Part shown: in pieces, positions 15,864-30,379 of the stretch
Position numbering within the stretch: the stretch's first letter is position 1
Layout of the letters: each line of letters opens with the position of its first letter
Assembly (NCBI GenBank): GCA_965285935.1
Contig: OZ260661.1
Coordinates: 43,276,001 to 43,340,000, forward strand
Direction of reading: 5' to 3'
Origin: Ophelia neglecta
Lineage: Eukaryota
Length of the DNA stretch: 64,000 bases
Position numbers and translations under genes: made by a program
Notes under the pieces: generated by a model
Databases searched by the model: none
Told to the model about the DNA's origin: nothing
The model's input: only the letters and a program-made list of their open reading frames with translations

Positions 15864-18800
15864 AGCTCAGGGTCATGTAAGAAGTGTAGAGAGCATGCAT
15901 GTTACTGACCTACCACTGTGCATTCTAGATGTCATTTGGATAATACAGTGGTTCAGGTAAAGCCTTTAATGGTGGATTTATTCAGCTATTTTTATCTGCT
16001 GTTTAAATGTTCAAGGTGTTTTGGGCTATTTATGAAATTTTTATACTTAGTATATATACCAATAGATCAGACAGAGAATGAACAGGTTAATATGTTACCA
16101 GTTATTTTCTACTTTTTCAACTCTGCTGCTCTGACTCGTTTATGGCTGGGAGTGTCTCACGTTTCCAGACACATCATTTTACATACACCATAAAATAGGA
16201 TGATTGCTCCACCAATCAAGTTACCAAGCTCTAGATAATGGCCAGCCAGGAAATTTTCCTTGGTGCTGACAAAGAGTCACATTGTTTCCTATTTTTGTCT
16301 TTCATTAAACTTGCTTTGTTCAGTCTTAAAGATTCTCTTCTTGATCAAGACCTGGCATGATTTTAGCACAAGAGTTTAAAGTAGTGAGAAGCACCGATCT
16401 GTTGAGTACTCAATGTACTGCGATTCTGTGTACATCTGCTTTCATTTTTCGCACTTCACCACAGAACAATTCTCCAAAGATCTCAAGTGGCATTCATTAG
16501 CACAATGTGCAGTGAGCATTCCATTAGCACAATGGTCAGATTAATAACTCTGATCAGTGAAACAGGTTAGTTAGTACTAATAAGAATATGTGAACTATGT
16601 TGCTATGGTGGTATGCAGGTTTTAATCTTATTCCCTGTTGTAATCTTATCTCTTTTTCTAAAACTATCTCACTTGTGTGCAGGGGATTCTCTCAAAGGCA
16701 GAAAAATGGTTCATTAACAAGCTACTTGGTTAATTAATTGCCAGCAGAGCAGGCAGAACGCTCCCTCTTGGCAGGCAGCTGGAGGCCTGAGTGGTTCTTC
16801 TGTCAATATTAGGAGAGAGCACTGGGGCTGTAGGTCTGTCAGGACAACAAGTGTCCCCAGTCCCCTGCCTGATGGGACATTGTTGACAATAGGTGTGTGC
16901 CTCCCCAGGGACCAGATTGCTGCCACCATGGGGCCTAACACAAAAATCTAGTGCAGCAGTAATTAATTTCCTGCTGAATTATGGTCTCAAGGCTGATATC
17001 TCTTTATGTGATATTATGGGCCTCTGTTCTCATGCCTCACTGCCTTTCATAATAGTTCCTGACGAAATTCATCAGGCATTTTGTGAATTTGATTACTGGA
17101 ATCAATATGTAATTAAGAGTAAGGGGCTAGCTTCTTATCCTCCTCCCATCCTCTCTCACCTATAAAACTAGTCTGAGAGGCTTGGTGGTGACTGATAAAC
17201 AGCCCAGTTTGAAAACAGCTTACCCAGCAGTTTTAAACTTGTCAAAATAGGGAACTTAATAATAGATCTAGAACCATCTCTATTTGGAATAGACGAGAAA
17301 CCTATTCATTTAAAGAGGCACAACTACAATTGAATCTTTGTCCTTCATTGGCTCTGTCCTGCTGTGTCTCCATGACAGGGTCATACATGGCTCCCAGACA
17401 AGCGATGGCCGCCCTTCAAAATTGGTCTTATAAAAGGTGTCAGCTGCACCTTTTTGACAGTAAATTTAAATTTTAAAGACATATCAGACAACTGTATGAA
17501 CCTGACAAAGATATATATAAGTGAACCAATTTCAAATTTCAACACAGCATGTGCCAGTTTTAGCACAACATAATTGTCTGTTCTATGTTTTATGGTTGTC
17601 AACCTCTCTTCCCTGGAATTTCTTAGGCATTGCAAGGGAGAGAGAAAATGCTGTAGCTCACGTAATTTCTGTAGCCTGGTGTTGAAGGCAGACACCGGCA
17701 TCCACCCAGGAGAGGAGTAGGGGATTCAGGTGCCAAGCTGTGGTGCAGTTCTCACCTGCAGGGCAACTAGCACTATTTCATCCTCTGGAATCTGCAATTA
17801 GCCTACCTAACTTGACAATTACTTGGCCGAAATGGTGGACACATAAATCCCGCTGTGATGGTAGAAGTAATGTGTTTACCAATAGCAGTGGTCACGCAAA
17901 ACACCTTTATTTTTACCAGTAACATAGCCAATTTTCTGTCCCTCTTTCATTTTCTTTCTAAGTGTCTTAATTTCAACTGTCTTTCAACCTTAGTGCATGA
18001 TTGGCAACTGATGTCCAGTGTGATGCCAAACTATCTTCTTAGAGAACATTTGAGTCAAAACTAGGAATAAAACATGCTTTCTTTATCAAATGGATGTCTA
18101 CTATAGAAAGAGAGGAACAGCTGTGTTTCTGTACTTAAAGAATTACTGAAATTTATTGCTTCAATTGTCTTGGCTTGTGTATTTTTAATTGGAAATATTG
18201 TTAGCAAACTGTTAGAGTTTGGGGATTAATTACATGAGAAGTTTCTATTAGTAACACTCCAGCAGTTATCTTGTCAGAGATAAAGATGTAAAGTGCAGTC
18301 TGAGGCCTCCATATTCACTTTATATTATAATCACACTGATTGACAATCACTGAAGCTGGACATGATTTGCTATAAATTGCAAACCAGGATTACTGTCCAT
18401 TTGTGGATGTGTCATTGAATGACATAAATACTGGGCCATTGTCAGCATACTGGTCACCTCTATCACATTTGTCATTACTGCCGAGGGACTATTATTATAG
18501 TGGATAGAAGGTAATTCAATGTAATTAACTCAAACTAACCACCAACTGATCATTCTTATAACAGACAAAGTCTGCACTTCATTGTTACATTGAATGTTGG
18601 AAAGTGAAATAAATGTTAGTTAAAACATTAAGCTGTGGTGATCATTTTAGTAAGTCCAGATCAGGAGCTCCTAGCATTATCATGGCTTTAACCTGCCATT
18701 GTTTCCAAGACATAAATAAGTTCCCCATAGCTTTATATATGAAAAGAGCATTGTCTATTAGTGCAAACTCTGTTAAAGTTTACATGCCAGCTTTTTGTGT

Positions 18801-21800
18801 GTACTCAATCGATTTCCAAGTGATTGCCTGAGTTCACAACTTCTGCCTCCATAATAGAGTAATAAATTTCAGCCCACACTAGAATGTTGTTTTGTCAGTT
18901 TTGCAGCCAATCAATAAGCAGTTTTCAAAGTTGTTTGGGTCTTTCCAATTTCGCAACTTGGCAAAGCCATGAATGGTAGTTCAGGGGTGATATGTGTAGG
19001 ATTTCTTTCCTGCCATGAGTTCTCTCTCCCTTTGAATGCCTAACATAGCAGTTGGATGCCCGGCCTTGACAGGGTGTTTACTGTGGAGAAGATGGATGGA
19101 GGAATTGTTGCCCCTCCCTGCACTCCCACAGGGGGCAGGGTGGGATGTGCTGCAGGGCTGAAGATATTGTTTGCAGATTAGATAGAGGGGTTGACAGGGG
19201 GCATTGTGTGCACCTGACAGCCCTTCAGATCTCACCTGCAGCACCCATCCCCTGCAAGTCTCCCCAGAAGGTCAGCCAGCCAGGGCACTCACTGGGACAC
19301 CCAATGACTTTGATCTGACTTCTTTATGATATCCCACACCTACCCAATACCATTGTGGGTTAAAACTGTCTTGGCAGTTATGAAAGAAAAACATAGGAGA
19401 ATAAAAGCATTTGTTAACACTAGAGATTGTCAGTCTACACTTGATGCTGCTCCAAGTGCTCTCTTTCCAGGTTCCTGTAATGTTTTTGAAGCTGGAAAAA
19501 TATTTCTTCTAAACAATTAACACAGTTTCTATTGCATAGATAGCTATAAGTACTGTTATCACAGATAAATCTCCTGCTTTCTTTCATGGTGCTTGATGTA
19601 AGCGGTTTTTACAGTGTCCTTGACTGTGCCACTGACCTTTTGGGTTGTGGTTGCCTTGCCCTGTGTCCTGCAGTGAGGGGTATGGTATTGATACAAGTCC
19701 ATGTTCTACCTGTGTTGTAAGCTGATTGGTTCCAGGAGACTGTATCAGGTTCCAGATAGCTTGTTTATTGGTTTGTGTTCAGTATGGCTCCTATCCTCCT
19801 TTTCTGTCCTCATGTTTGGCCCATGGTCAAGGTTGGCCACATCATCTGTTATCCAGCGGTTCACATATTTCTGAAGTTAACTTTCCAATTATGTAGTCCC
19901 TCACATTTATCATCTTATTTGAGGCAGTCATTATCCAAAGAGTTTTGAAGTATGCCTATAGCATCTATCTTGCAATACTCCACCAAAAATTGTTAATTTA
20001 TCATTCTCAGCAAGTAATTTTGTGGATCAATGCTGATGAAATAGACAGTTTTGCAGCCTTGTACAGTATAAAAGAAATATTTATGTGTGATCATAAATCA
20101 CATTTAGACTCTATTGAGTATACTAGTTTTGCCTATTGGTGGAACATATCACATAACTTCTATTTAATCTTCAAACTGATTGTGGCACTTGTTTTCTACC
20201 ATGGAATTACTATTCTGTTGTGATTGGGAGGTTTTGTTTTCACTTGGCTAGCATTGTTGCTGCAGGAGAAACACAGATACAACACTGATTCCAATCTAAT
20301 CTGCTTGAAGTATAAATAAAGTTTTGTGGCATGTGATGTGGCGAACATAACTGATAGCAAGTTGTAGCCGCTTTTGTTGTTGGCATGGTATAATAATTTT
20401 GTTATTTCCTTTCCTGTTTTGAACATCACATGATTCTAAAAATATAACAATAATTAAATAAAAATGGACTATCCAGTCTATTTGTTAGACATTTAGAAGT
20501 TGTTACCACTGGCTGGAAACCATATCTGCTCCCAGATGATTGCATGCCACACTACCGTTTGCTGGTAACTTGGTTTTGAAGTTATTTATTGTGCTTCATC
20601 TCATCAGTGCAGTTTTTGGTTTGGTTGCGGATCCAGTTACTGTTGTGTAGTCAATCATTTTATGTTTAACATGGAAAAGACCTACAGTGTGTTGTTCAAT
20701 TAACAATCTGAGATGCTGGTATTAGTTGGTCAAGTGCACTGGCCAGCAGGTACAAGATTGTAGTATTACATACTGTTTACTGACTGATTGCTGCCTTGAC
20801 CAAGTTACACATGTAACATGCAAATTATTGCTTTAATACCTAGCCCTGAAAAAGTTAATGGTCCCTTTGCATGAGAGCATCACATAATTTTAATTTAATG
20901 GTTGTTATCCTAGATCTGATATTGGAGGCATTTAGCTTTAATCAAAAACATGCAGCTGCTGTACCAGTGGTCCCTAAACAGGATGAAGGAAAATGAACGA
21001 AAAACACGAAACTTCAGCTGAAACTTAATCTGGTGCTGATGTAAATATCTCTGAGTAAATAAAATGTTGGGGATGTCTACATGTGCTTCAGATTTATACA
21101 GGGTCTCAGATCAAGGTTTAGACATGATTATACAGCTATCAGTGAATCCTAACACTGCCATAATGGGTGTTGAAAAATCTCAGAAAAAACTCATCGTGAA
21201 GATTGGGTTTTTGACCTTTCAGTCTGGCTGGGGACAGTGTGCTTTGGTGCTGCTTCTTCTTCAACTGCTTCTTGACTCTCATCAGCAATGCTTATCATGA
21301 ACATGTCATGGCCATTCAGGAAGGAAATGAATAAGAACTTCTCCACGATATGCCATTTTGACCTAGAGCAACTAAATTGGACCAGTTTTTCACTGAGCTT
21401 ATAAAATGATGTCAAAAGACATCATTGATGCTGGCTTTCCCTCCATGAAATCATTCTGTAGAAATGAAAAATGGCAAATTGTATGAGATATAAATATGCT
21501 TCCCCATGGTGTATGCACATCAGCTCACCAACACAGCAGTCAGCTTTAAACCTCCTGACTATAAAATCTGATTGGAGCAAATGTATTGTTATGGTTCACT
21601 CATGCGAGTTGACATCAAAATACCCTGATAAAGTGAAGCTGACCCTTTCATTACATGATGTGTAAAAATGAAATATTACCATTTGACTTTGTAGTAAATC
21701 AAGTTTGCTTCACTGACCACAAGGGTGCAAGATTTTCTGGTTGAAGTAGCTAGGTCGTGGAACTGGCACTGTTGTGTGAGCAATGACGTTATTAGACTCA

Positions 21801-24800
21801 ATTTTAGGTCCATTTTTCTTATACTTCCTCTAAAGTACTCTTTTGTCCATTTCTGGAAAAAGTTGTTCCTTAAACAGTGATTAAGTGACTACTTAATTGA
21901 TGTATTTGCAGGGAAATCAGAAATATATTTTGTTTCGGAATATTATCAGTTGTCTTCCACTAAGTATCAGACCAACATTATTTTATTTTATTGACTACAA
22001 AGGAAGATTTGAGCCCCTGAAGAAAAAGACAAAATGATATTTACTGTCAGTTTGATTTGTTAATGTTGTATATGTACATGTAACTTTAGTCAATACTATA
22101 TCTGTTTTGTACATTGTTAGCTCTGCTAATAACATATAAATATTTCCATTAAATCCTGTTTCCTAGACAAATTCTTGATTGATTTTTCCAAAGCAAGGGT
22201 TGATCGCATCTGTGAAAGTCATCTGATCTTCTGTTTGTACCCTAATCTATCAAAGGAATCCAGTCATGCGCCTAATGCTGGATGTCAGTTTTGAACAGTA
22301 TTTGTGCCACAACCCGAAAAGGAAATATGCCTGGAGCTAGGTTTTCATTGAATTTTCTCGGTGTGTGTTAGTGCTAGAATTTGGCTGCATAAGATGGTCC
22401 CTGAGCTTGTTGAAGCACTTTGTTCCGGTCTTTATTACAGTCAAAGTGAGGCTGTTTGTCCTGGGGCATTCCTTCTGGGTCATCCTTTCCATGCATCCCC
22501 TTAGTCACTGGCCTAATTAAAATGTTCACGTGGCTAATGTGCTCAGCTTTTCCATATTTGGAGCAGTATGGTACACATATTTTGCTGTATCAGCTGGGCT
22601 ACTCTACCTGTGGGATTTATACTGAAACAAACTGGTTGAGTGCTGAACTTTTTATTTTGCTTTTACAAGAAGTAAGATAAAAGAACTGAGCCTGCCTTCT
22701 TCAGATTGGTAATTGATTATAGTAATATGTTCATGTCATATGAGATGGTAAAATGATCCTCAACATCGCAGTGTTGGTTTGTGTATACACTGTAATTGCT
22801 TTCAAAATCATGATTTTAAAGTCTTAAAAGACTCAAATGTCTGGCTCACTGTCTTACTAGATGCCAAGAGCTTTTAGCAGATATTACATTAGGCAAATTT
22901 GTCACTCTGCTCACATGATATTGACTGTTAGCAGATTCATATACTTGGTAAAATATGAGTAGTACTGACAGGTTTATCTTGGCACAAGTAGATTTAGCAA
23001 TGGTTACCTGCACACAATATCAGATTTAAGTGCTCTTGAAATTACCTGGGTGAAAGTAATATAGAGCTATGCCTACAATATACATGTATTTGTAATAAAA
23101 TACCAATGGTCCCTTCAATCACCGAAACAGATCATTGAACTAAACGGAAACCAAAACCAAGAAGCCCGGAACTTCTTTTACTTCTAGCCATCACAAAACC
23201 AAATCAAAGTGTGTCAAAAAACCCAGCATTTCATCGTCTGTTCATCGAGAAATGATCAGCTGTGTCTAAACTGCCAGCTTCATGTGTAAAATACCTGACA
23301 ATATGAGACAGAGGAGAGGTAGGTTTTGACTGGCCCACGGGAATGCAGTAAACATGATGGAATGGGTGCTCACTACAGAAAACACTGTAATTGCAGGACT
23401 CAAAAGGATGATTCAGAAATCTAGAAGTCCTCATTATTCTGCATAATTAAGCAATCAACAAGACCAGGAAAAAATTGTACAAATCTAATATTGATAAAAG
23501 GCTGGGTGTGCTTCTTTAGAAACTGGATATGCCAGACTGGACTGAGGTTAAATGTGTCAGCTTTTCTTGCAGGCAGTGGACAAGATGTGCCCTCTCCTGG
23601 TCCGCCCACCATTAGGAAAATTGCTGCCACAGTCAATTGCTATGCATATACATAATTGATCTTCTTTTACACAGCCAATTTCATATTATAGGCTGCTGCA
23701 TTTTATACCGAATCTCACCGCAGATCAGTCCAGTCATATAAAATATGTGTATCTGACAGACATACTGAATTAATCAAATACATTTCTGAAGTTGCTCTGT
23801 TAGCATGCAAGGAGAATTACGGTTTTCAGTATCCTTTACTCTCTCCCCGAACCCCGTGTGTGTCAACTTAATGGTTATGCTGTCTTGTTTAATAAATGCC
23901 CAGGTTTGAGCCAGAATAATTCTGTGGCATTAACTAGGGCATGGCCAGGTACAAAATGTATGTAGAATAATGGGGATGGCCATCTGATCTCACTGTCAGA
24001 GGCTTAGCAGTCAATTTGAGCAAGATTTTCCCCTGATAAAGCAATAATGCTCTGGATGATCATCAGATGGGTAGGGCTAAATTAATTTACCTCCAATAGT
24101 GATGCCCCGTAGTTATGCCAGGTTTGTTCCAGATGGTACTTGCCATTCTGTAATAAGGAAAGAAGGGCCCCTAAGGCTGGACTAGGGTAACATAATTCTA
24201 GTAGTCCAGTAACATGATTATATTGCCTTTTTCCCCCTTAACTCTGGTGGGAGAAGTCAATGACCGCTTTGGCTAAAAAAAAGCGAAGACTTTAGCATGT
24301 ACCTCCACGAGCCTGATTTATATAAAGTCTGATAAATAAAGCCTCTGCGCCCATGACAGATATATTATTGCCAACTTATACAAAATGTTTGTGGAGAGCT
24401 TAAACTAATCTTCTATAAGAAATTTATTGCTTCAAAGCTGCATTTGTGGTGTTGCACTGGGATGGTAGAGCTTTGTTATCTGCCTTTTACGAGAGCAGGA
24501 GAAGAAAAATTATCAGTGAAAAGGATCAGATAGATTGTTTTTTGTGTGTGGTATTTTCATAAAGCAAGCGGCAGATAGCCATGTTTTCTTTGACAGCCAC
24601 ATAGTTTTTCCATTGGCTTGGCAATGCAAAGGAGTTTGATGTTAAATCCTGTTCAAGGTTCCTACTGTCCTATAGACAATATGCACTTCAGACCTGATAT
24701 GGTTGTTTGAAGGAAGCAGGAAAGCAATGCCTTTAATTTAAGTAGAAAGGCCCCCAGAATTAATTTGAATCCTCTGCCATTAATTTTTTCAGGTTTATCA

Positions 24801-27800
24801 TTTGTTAGCTGGTGGTCATGAAACCTGCCAAATCCCACGGAGAAGTCATGCTCCAGCCTTAGACGGATGTCCAGAAACCTTCAATGTGTCACATCAGGAT
24901 CATTGAACATTTTATAAAGTTTCTCCTTTAGTGGATTTCTGCCATCAAACTGATGAAAGCCGAAGTTGCCAGGGCTACCTTCTTCCAGAACTCGAACCAT
25001 TCTCGATAATGTTGCAATGATGTGAGCTATCAGTTAAAAAGAACTCATGCATCATTACAAATGAAAAAAAAAGGTTCACCTTTATTGCACAATGCATAAT
25101 GCAGGGTCGTCCATGATTGAAGAATGTTTTTCAAAGTGCTGGTGAGTTCAATTGATCAGTCCCTTGGCCATTCACATGAATCTGCTAGGCTGAGGAAACT
25201 GGCCCTTTGTTATCAACAGAGCAAGGAACTCTCCAAAAGATCAAAAGCATGCAGTGCTTTTGGATTTACAGTCAGACTAATATGCAGACTAGTATGCATG
25301 TTCACACACACAATAGGATTATACAAATATTGGACAATACATGTGTCTTTCATCTTTGGCTACACAAACTCTCATACAGTACACTCCAACACCTACTGCC
25401 ATTTGCAGGGTTGCCTTCCATATAGTGTAGCCTGGGGGAAGGATGTAACACTTTGATGGGATCATGTCTCTGATCCTCTAGCTCTTTATAGTCAAGAATG
25501 GTACCAGGTAGAGGCAAGGCAGCCCAGCAACCATTCATCTGTTCTTTAAATGTCAACTGCTCTCATGTAATCTGAAATGTTTTAATGGTCTTTCTGCTAT
25601 CAGTAAAAGCCTGGAGACTAGGCTAGAAATGGCCAAATTAAAACTGTAACATAAACCCAGGTTATCAGTTTTGGCTGGTTGGATGCGGGTGTGAGCTTGA
25701 CAGCAGGATCTGCCACCACAGCCATGATTATCTTCAGGACTGTACTTTCTCCATGTTTACAACCTCCAGGGCACAGTATACTCTGGATTGTGGAAATAAA
25801 GCAAACTCCTTCTCCACCATTTTACTTTTTACTTTTGTTCTTAGATGGACTGCCAATGTGCTTAAATACAGGAAGTGACATCATTTTATTTTTCTCCATG
25901 GCCCCCTCTTTCTTTGACACCAGCTGCCCATATTGGTGAAACGATATTTCTCTATTTCTCAAGCAGGTAATTTGACATGGAGTTTTTCATCCAGTTATCC
26001 CAAAATTAAACCTTAACAGTTCATTTCATACCATTCCTAGTCAAAATGTATTATCCCTTTGAACACTGGTAATCAAAGGCTACAGAATAGATGAGCTGGA
26101 AAAATTAGCTTAGATTAAAAAAATATAGAGTTCACCAGAACTTGCCCTTTAAGTAGATGCCCAGCACACAGTGGTAGCATGTACGGATGGGCGAAAGTTG
26201 GCGGCCAGCCAGGAATCAATTACCTTAATTTTAGGATGTGTGTGCCTGCTTGGCTGTCATTGCAGCCTTGCCTTCTGGAGCCAATGTGCCACGAACTTGT
26301 CCTCTTGATGGTTCCTGGGCTCTTAGTGCTTTCTAGAGGTGACAGGATTGCATTGCCATCTATCGCTCAGCAATATTGCTTATAGGATGATGAGGAAGTG
26401 CTATAAATGCATCCTAGGAATCATGGATAATCCATTTCTTTTCTGCTAATAGACACAACCATGTTAAATATGCTGTTCCAAGGTGGTTAGGCACATCAGA
26501 TTCTACCAGGTTTCAAGGCAAATTGTACCATTTGTAGCCATCATTTGTTCAGCTACCAATTTATTCTAAATATACCTATCTATGTATCAGGTTGAAGATC
26601 ATAAATTGCCTAGTCCATGCTGACAAAAAACATTTATGTTGGTGGGAGACAGGCTTGATTATAGGAACATCTCTTTCATGCACTCTTTTACCTTTTGCAT
26701 AAATGGGACTATGCCTCATTCTCACAGCTGGTTCTAAGATCAAGAGGCTACAACTGGCTGTTGGGATAGGGTCCCAGTGGGAGAGGGTTGAGGGCACCAG
26801 CCTCTCCTCTGTACCTACACATAGGTCCACCAGCTCCTGCTGACCCTGGCCTCCTACATCTAGTAAATCTGGTAAGGATTCACAAGATAAACTTGGACAA
26901 CCTTCATTTTTCAATCCATAAATTTTGTATGTTTGTGCTGGGATACAAGAAACCTCATATTCCTCTAGATTCTTATAGCCCAGCTTTGTGTCACACCCCA
27001 AATTCAATTGTAAATCTATCAGCCATTGTGATGGTTATAAATTTATCTGTTTTTCTCATATGCTTATCATGTGCAACCTTGACTGATGGAGCTGTTGTTA
27101 AATATACAAGTATTTGTACATGAATGTGGGTTAGGGCCACCATAGGTCCTGCTACCCTTATTTTCTGGGGCTAAATTATAACCCTGTATCATGCAAGGTT
27201 TTTCATCCAATGTGAACCCGTCATAGTCCGCTGTTGATTAGAGGACATTGTGCCTGGCCAAGGCTGTTCTACATAGATTATATATCTCCTTTCACCATTC
27301 AATCATACCAGTGTGATTGGTGTCAAATTGCTGAAAAACCTTCATTTGCATCCAGGGGCTTGTTTTATACATGATGTAGTGCCAAATGCAAACAAGCATG
27401 AACAGCCGGCAGTTTATCATTGAAAAACATGTACATAATTATGTATGTATGTATGTACCTCTGGGGAAATTGTATGTATTATTAACTACAGATAGTGTGA
27501 GTGTATGTGGTATTAATATTGAACTTAAAGCTATATGGGTGACATGTTTACAAGTCTAATGATCTGTACTCAGTAACATATAAGTTATACTAGGCAGCTG
27601 TATGGAGCTGGAATGTTAAACTATTCCATCATCCCATGCTAATAGACATGTACATTTGTATGGTGGGTTTCAACAGCCACAAATCAAGGTAATGTATTGA
27701 TGGCATGTTGATCAAGCCCTAAGCCAAGGTAAAGCCAAGTTTAATCACTTCTAAACTGAAGAGCAAACACTTATGAGGGGCTGATCAGCAAATGAGTAGG

Positions 27801-30379
27801 TATACTAAGTTCATGAATCTTTAGCTGACCAAGTGGGGAAAAATACAAAATCAGGTACCACAGTGACTATACTTTTATATTATTTTCTTGGTTCAACTTC
27901 GACACTCACGCGGACACTCTATGACCATCTGCTGGTCTGATGCTGTCAGAAGGATGGGGTTCCACAGAAAATATTCCAGGCACATGTCCATCACCATGGA
28001 TCGCAGCCAACCAGAATAATAAAATGAGCCTCACATTTGCAACTTTTGCTTGTCTACATAAAATGCCAATTAAAATGTCTGACCTGTGGCATTCATCAAG
28101 CTTTACTATTGGAACACATGGCAGGGTTGCTGGGTCATGAAATTACTGCTTTAACACTGATCTTGAGAGACATAAGCAGTGAATTTTAATTACTGATTCT
28201 TAATGTTTGGAATTAAGTTCTCCTGTTTTTTCTCCTCTTTGCTTGACTGCTTCACAGTTTACACTGAGGTATGTGTGTATCTTACTAATAAACTTGCCCT
28301 GCCAATTTGCTTTTTGCCTTAAAATATACTGTGCCCGGAGAGTGATCGAGAATGGAGATCAAAGTGGAATTGTGTGATCTAGGTGCTGAGCAAAATGTTT
28401 AGGGGTCCTGAAGTGTGCAGGATTGAGGAGGTAGGTACAGAAGGGCAAAAAAGAGGGGGGTGGGGGGGGGTATTGGCAGTCCTGGGTTTGACAAAGCCAC
28501 CATTGCTACCTCTAGGACAGGATGTATCCATCATTCTACTGACCTCCGGCTTGTCGGCCAACCAAATAAATTGATACATGCCCACTTTTACATGTCCACG
28601 CCTTGTGAGGCTTCGTTATTCATGAAAGTCCTGGGTCACAAGTGGTAGGGGTCATGGGTGTGTTAGATTTCATATCAACACAAATCACCTTCCGTTTCCA
28701 TACCAGTCAAGGCTGTGGTGTCATTCCATTTGTCACTGTACCTATAATGGACTTGTTGATCCACTTGATATAATGATGTTTGGTACATTGTCTCTATATA
28801 CTGGTACATGTACATGAACAAAACAAAATAAAATTTGTCTTTAAAAATACGATGCACCACTATCTGTGTACATGGGAATAATGCTTATTGCATTTGTAAG
28901 AACCTTACCTGAGGTAAGCCTGTGGAAGGCTGGACAAGAGGAGGGCTGGACTCCTGTTCTCTTGTTTTTATTATTTAACATTGTGTTGTAGACTAATCTT
29001 CATATTTTTCAGGTTATTTTCCTCGGCCTAGACAGAGTCACAGTGCATGCATATTACTATACTAATGATAACAATGATCAGCAGGGAAGCATTTGCTTAA
29101 GCTTTTTGACAAGCCTGAATGAGAGCATTTCTAACTGTAATGAACATGCTATCATGTGTTATGAGAAAGGTCCCTCCTATTTTATATACATGCACATTCT
29201 CATTAATAGTAACTTTAGGAAGAAAACACAGCATGTTCAGTGTTAATGTTGGAAACTGATTATCCTGTATCTATATATAGTTACATGCTGGTAAATCAGG
29301 CTGAAATATGAGTGGCAGGCCTGTGATGTGGCCTTTTGTTCAGGGTAGGTGAGGGCAGTGTCATCAATGACCTCTTCTCCTTCTGCTGAGAACCAGATGG
29401 GGCACGGTGACAGATAATACAAGCACAAGGCATGCAAGACATGGAAAGAAGGCTTTGAAGTTTGCAGCAAGCACCTGTACTGATCAACTCTCCTTGATCA
29501 ATGCTGATCATTGTCTTCATTTGCCACACAGCCACTTGCATCAGGTAGGTTCACAAGACATGCAATTATGGTAATAATACAATTAATGAGGCTGCCTGCT
29601 AAGAACAGAGTAGAGAAGGAGCCAAGAGACTCTTCAAGATCTATAGATGTTTTAGTCATGCCTGTGCCCTGGCAAGTTGTAATTATAGAGAAAAGGCTCC
29701 AGAGCAGCCTAGTGCACTATGGTGTCTGTGCCAACACTTTCTGGCATTGCCTTCCCTGGCTCAGCCATACCAGCCTAGCTTACAAGGCCTCCCTTCTAAT
29801 ACACTGTTGTCAGTTAAGAGCACTCCAGCAGATTTGGCTGACTTAGTCCTGTTAAAGCTCATTACCAAACCCAACTGTCACTGACACAAAACCTGTCTCA
29901 GCCACCTTCATTAATGGAGCAGTGTTTTAAAGCAGTGTGTTTTACCTATCAGGGATAATTAGGCAATTATTTGTGGTATTGATCAGCAATGGAGTTGAGA
30001 ACCAGGGTCCACTCTGTGGAATCACCCTCTGGGTTAGCCAACCTCTCCCCCATGGCCTTGTTTGCCAACTCATAAGATATCAAATGAGATAAGCCAGGCC
30101 ATTAAGCAGTGGCATTCTGGTCCATCCAGGTGTTCTCATTGTTATATATGGCTCTCAGTAATGGACCCCTCCACTGTATCTCACACAAAACTGCTGGGAA
30201 ATTGATCCCAATCAGCTCCTGGATAATAGCCAGGCAGGATAGGAATTAACTGGGGTCTTGTTCCTTTTTTGAGAGGTGAAACAATTACCAGATTACACTG
30301 TTGCCTTGTGCATACATGTACATACATGCAGATGTATGTGTTCACCATAGGATGAGGTTCACAGATGGCACCTAGGCAA

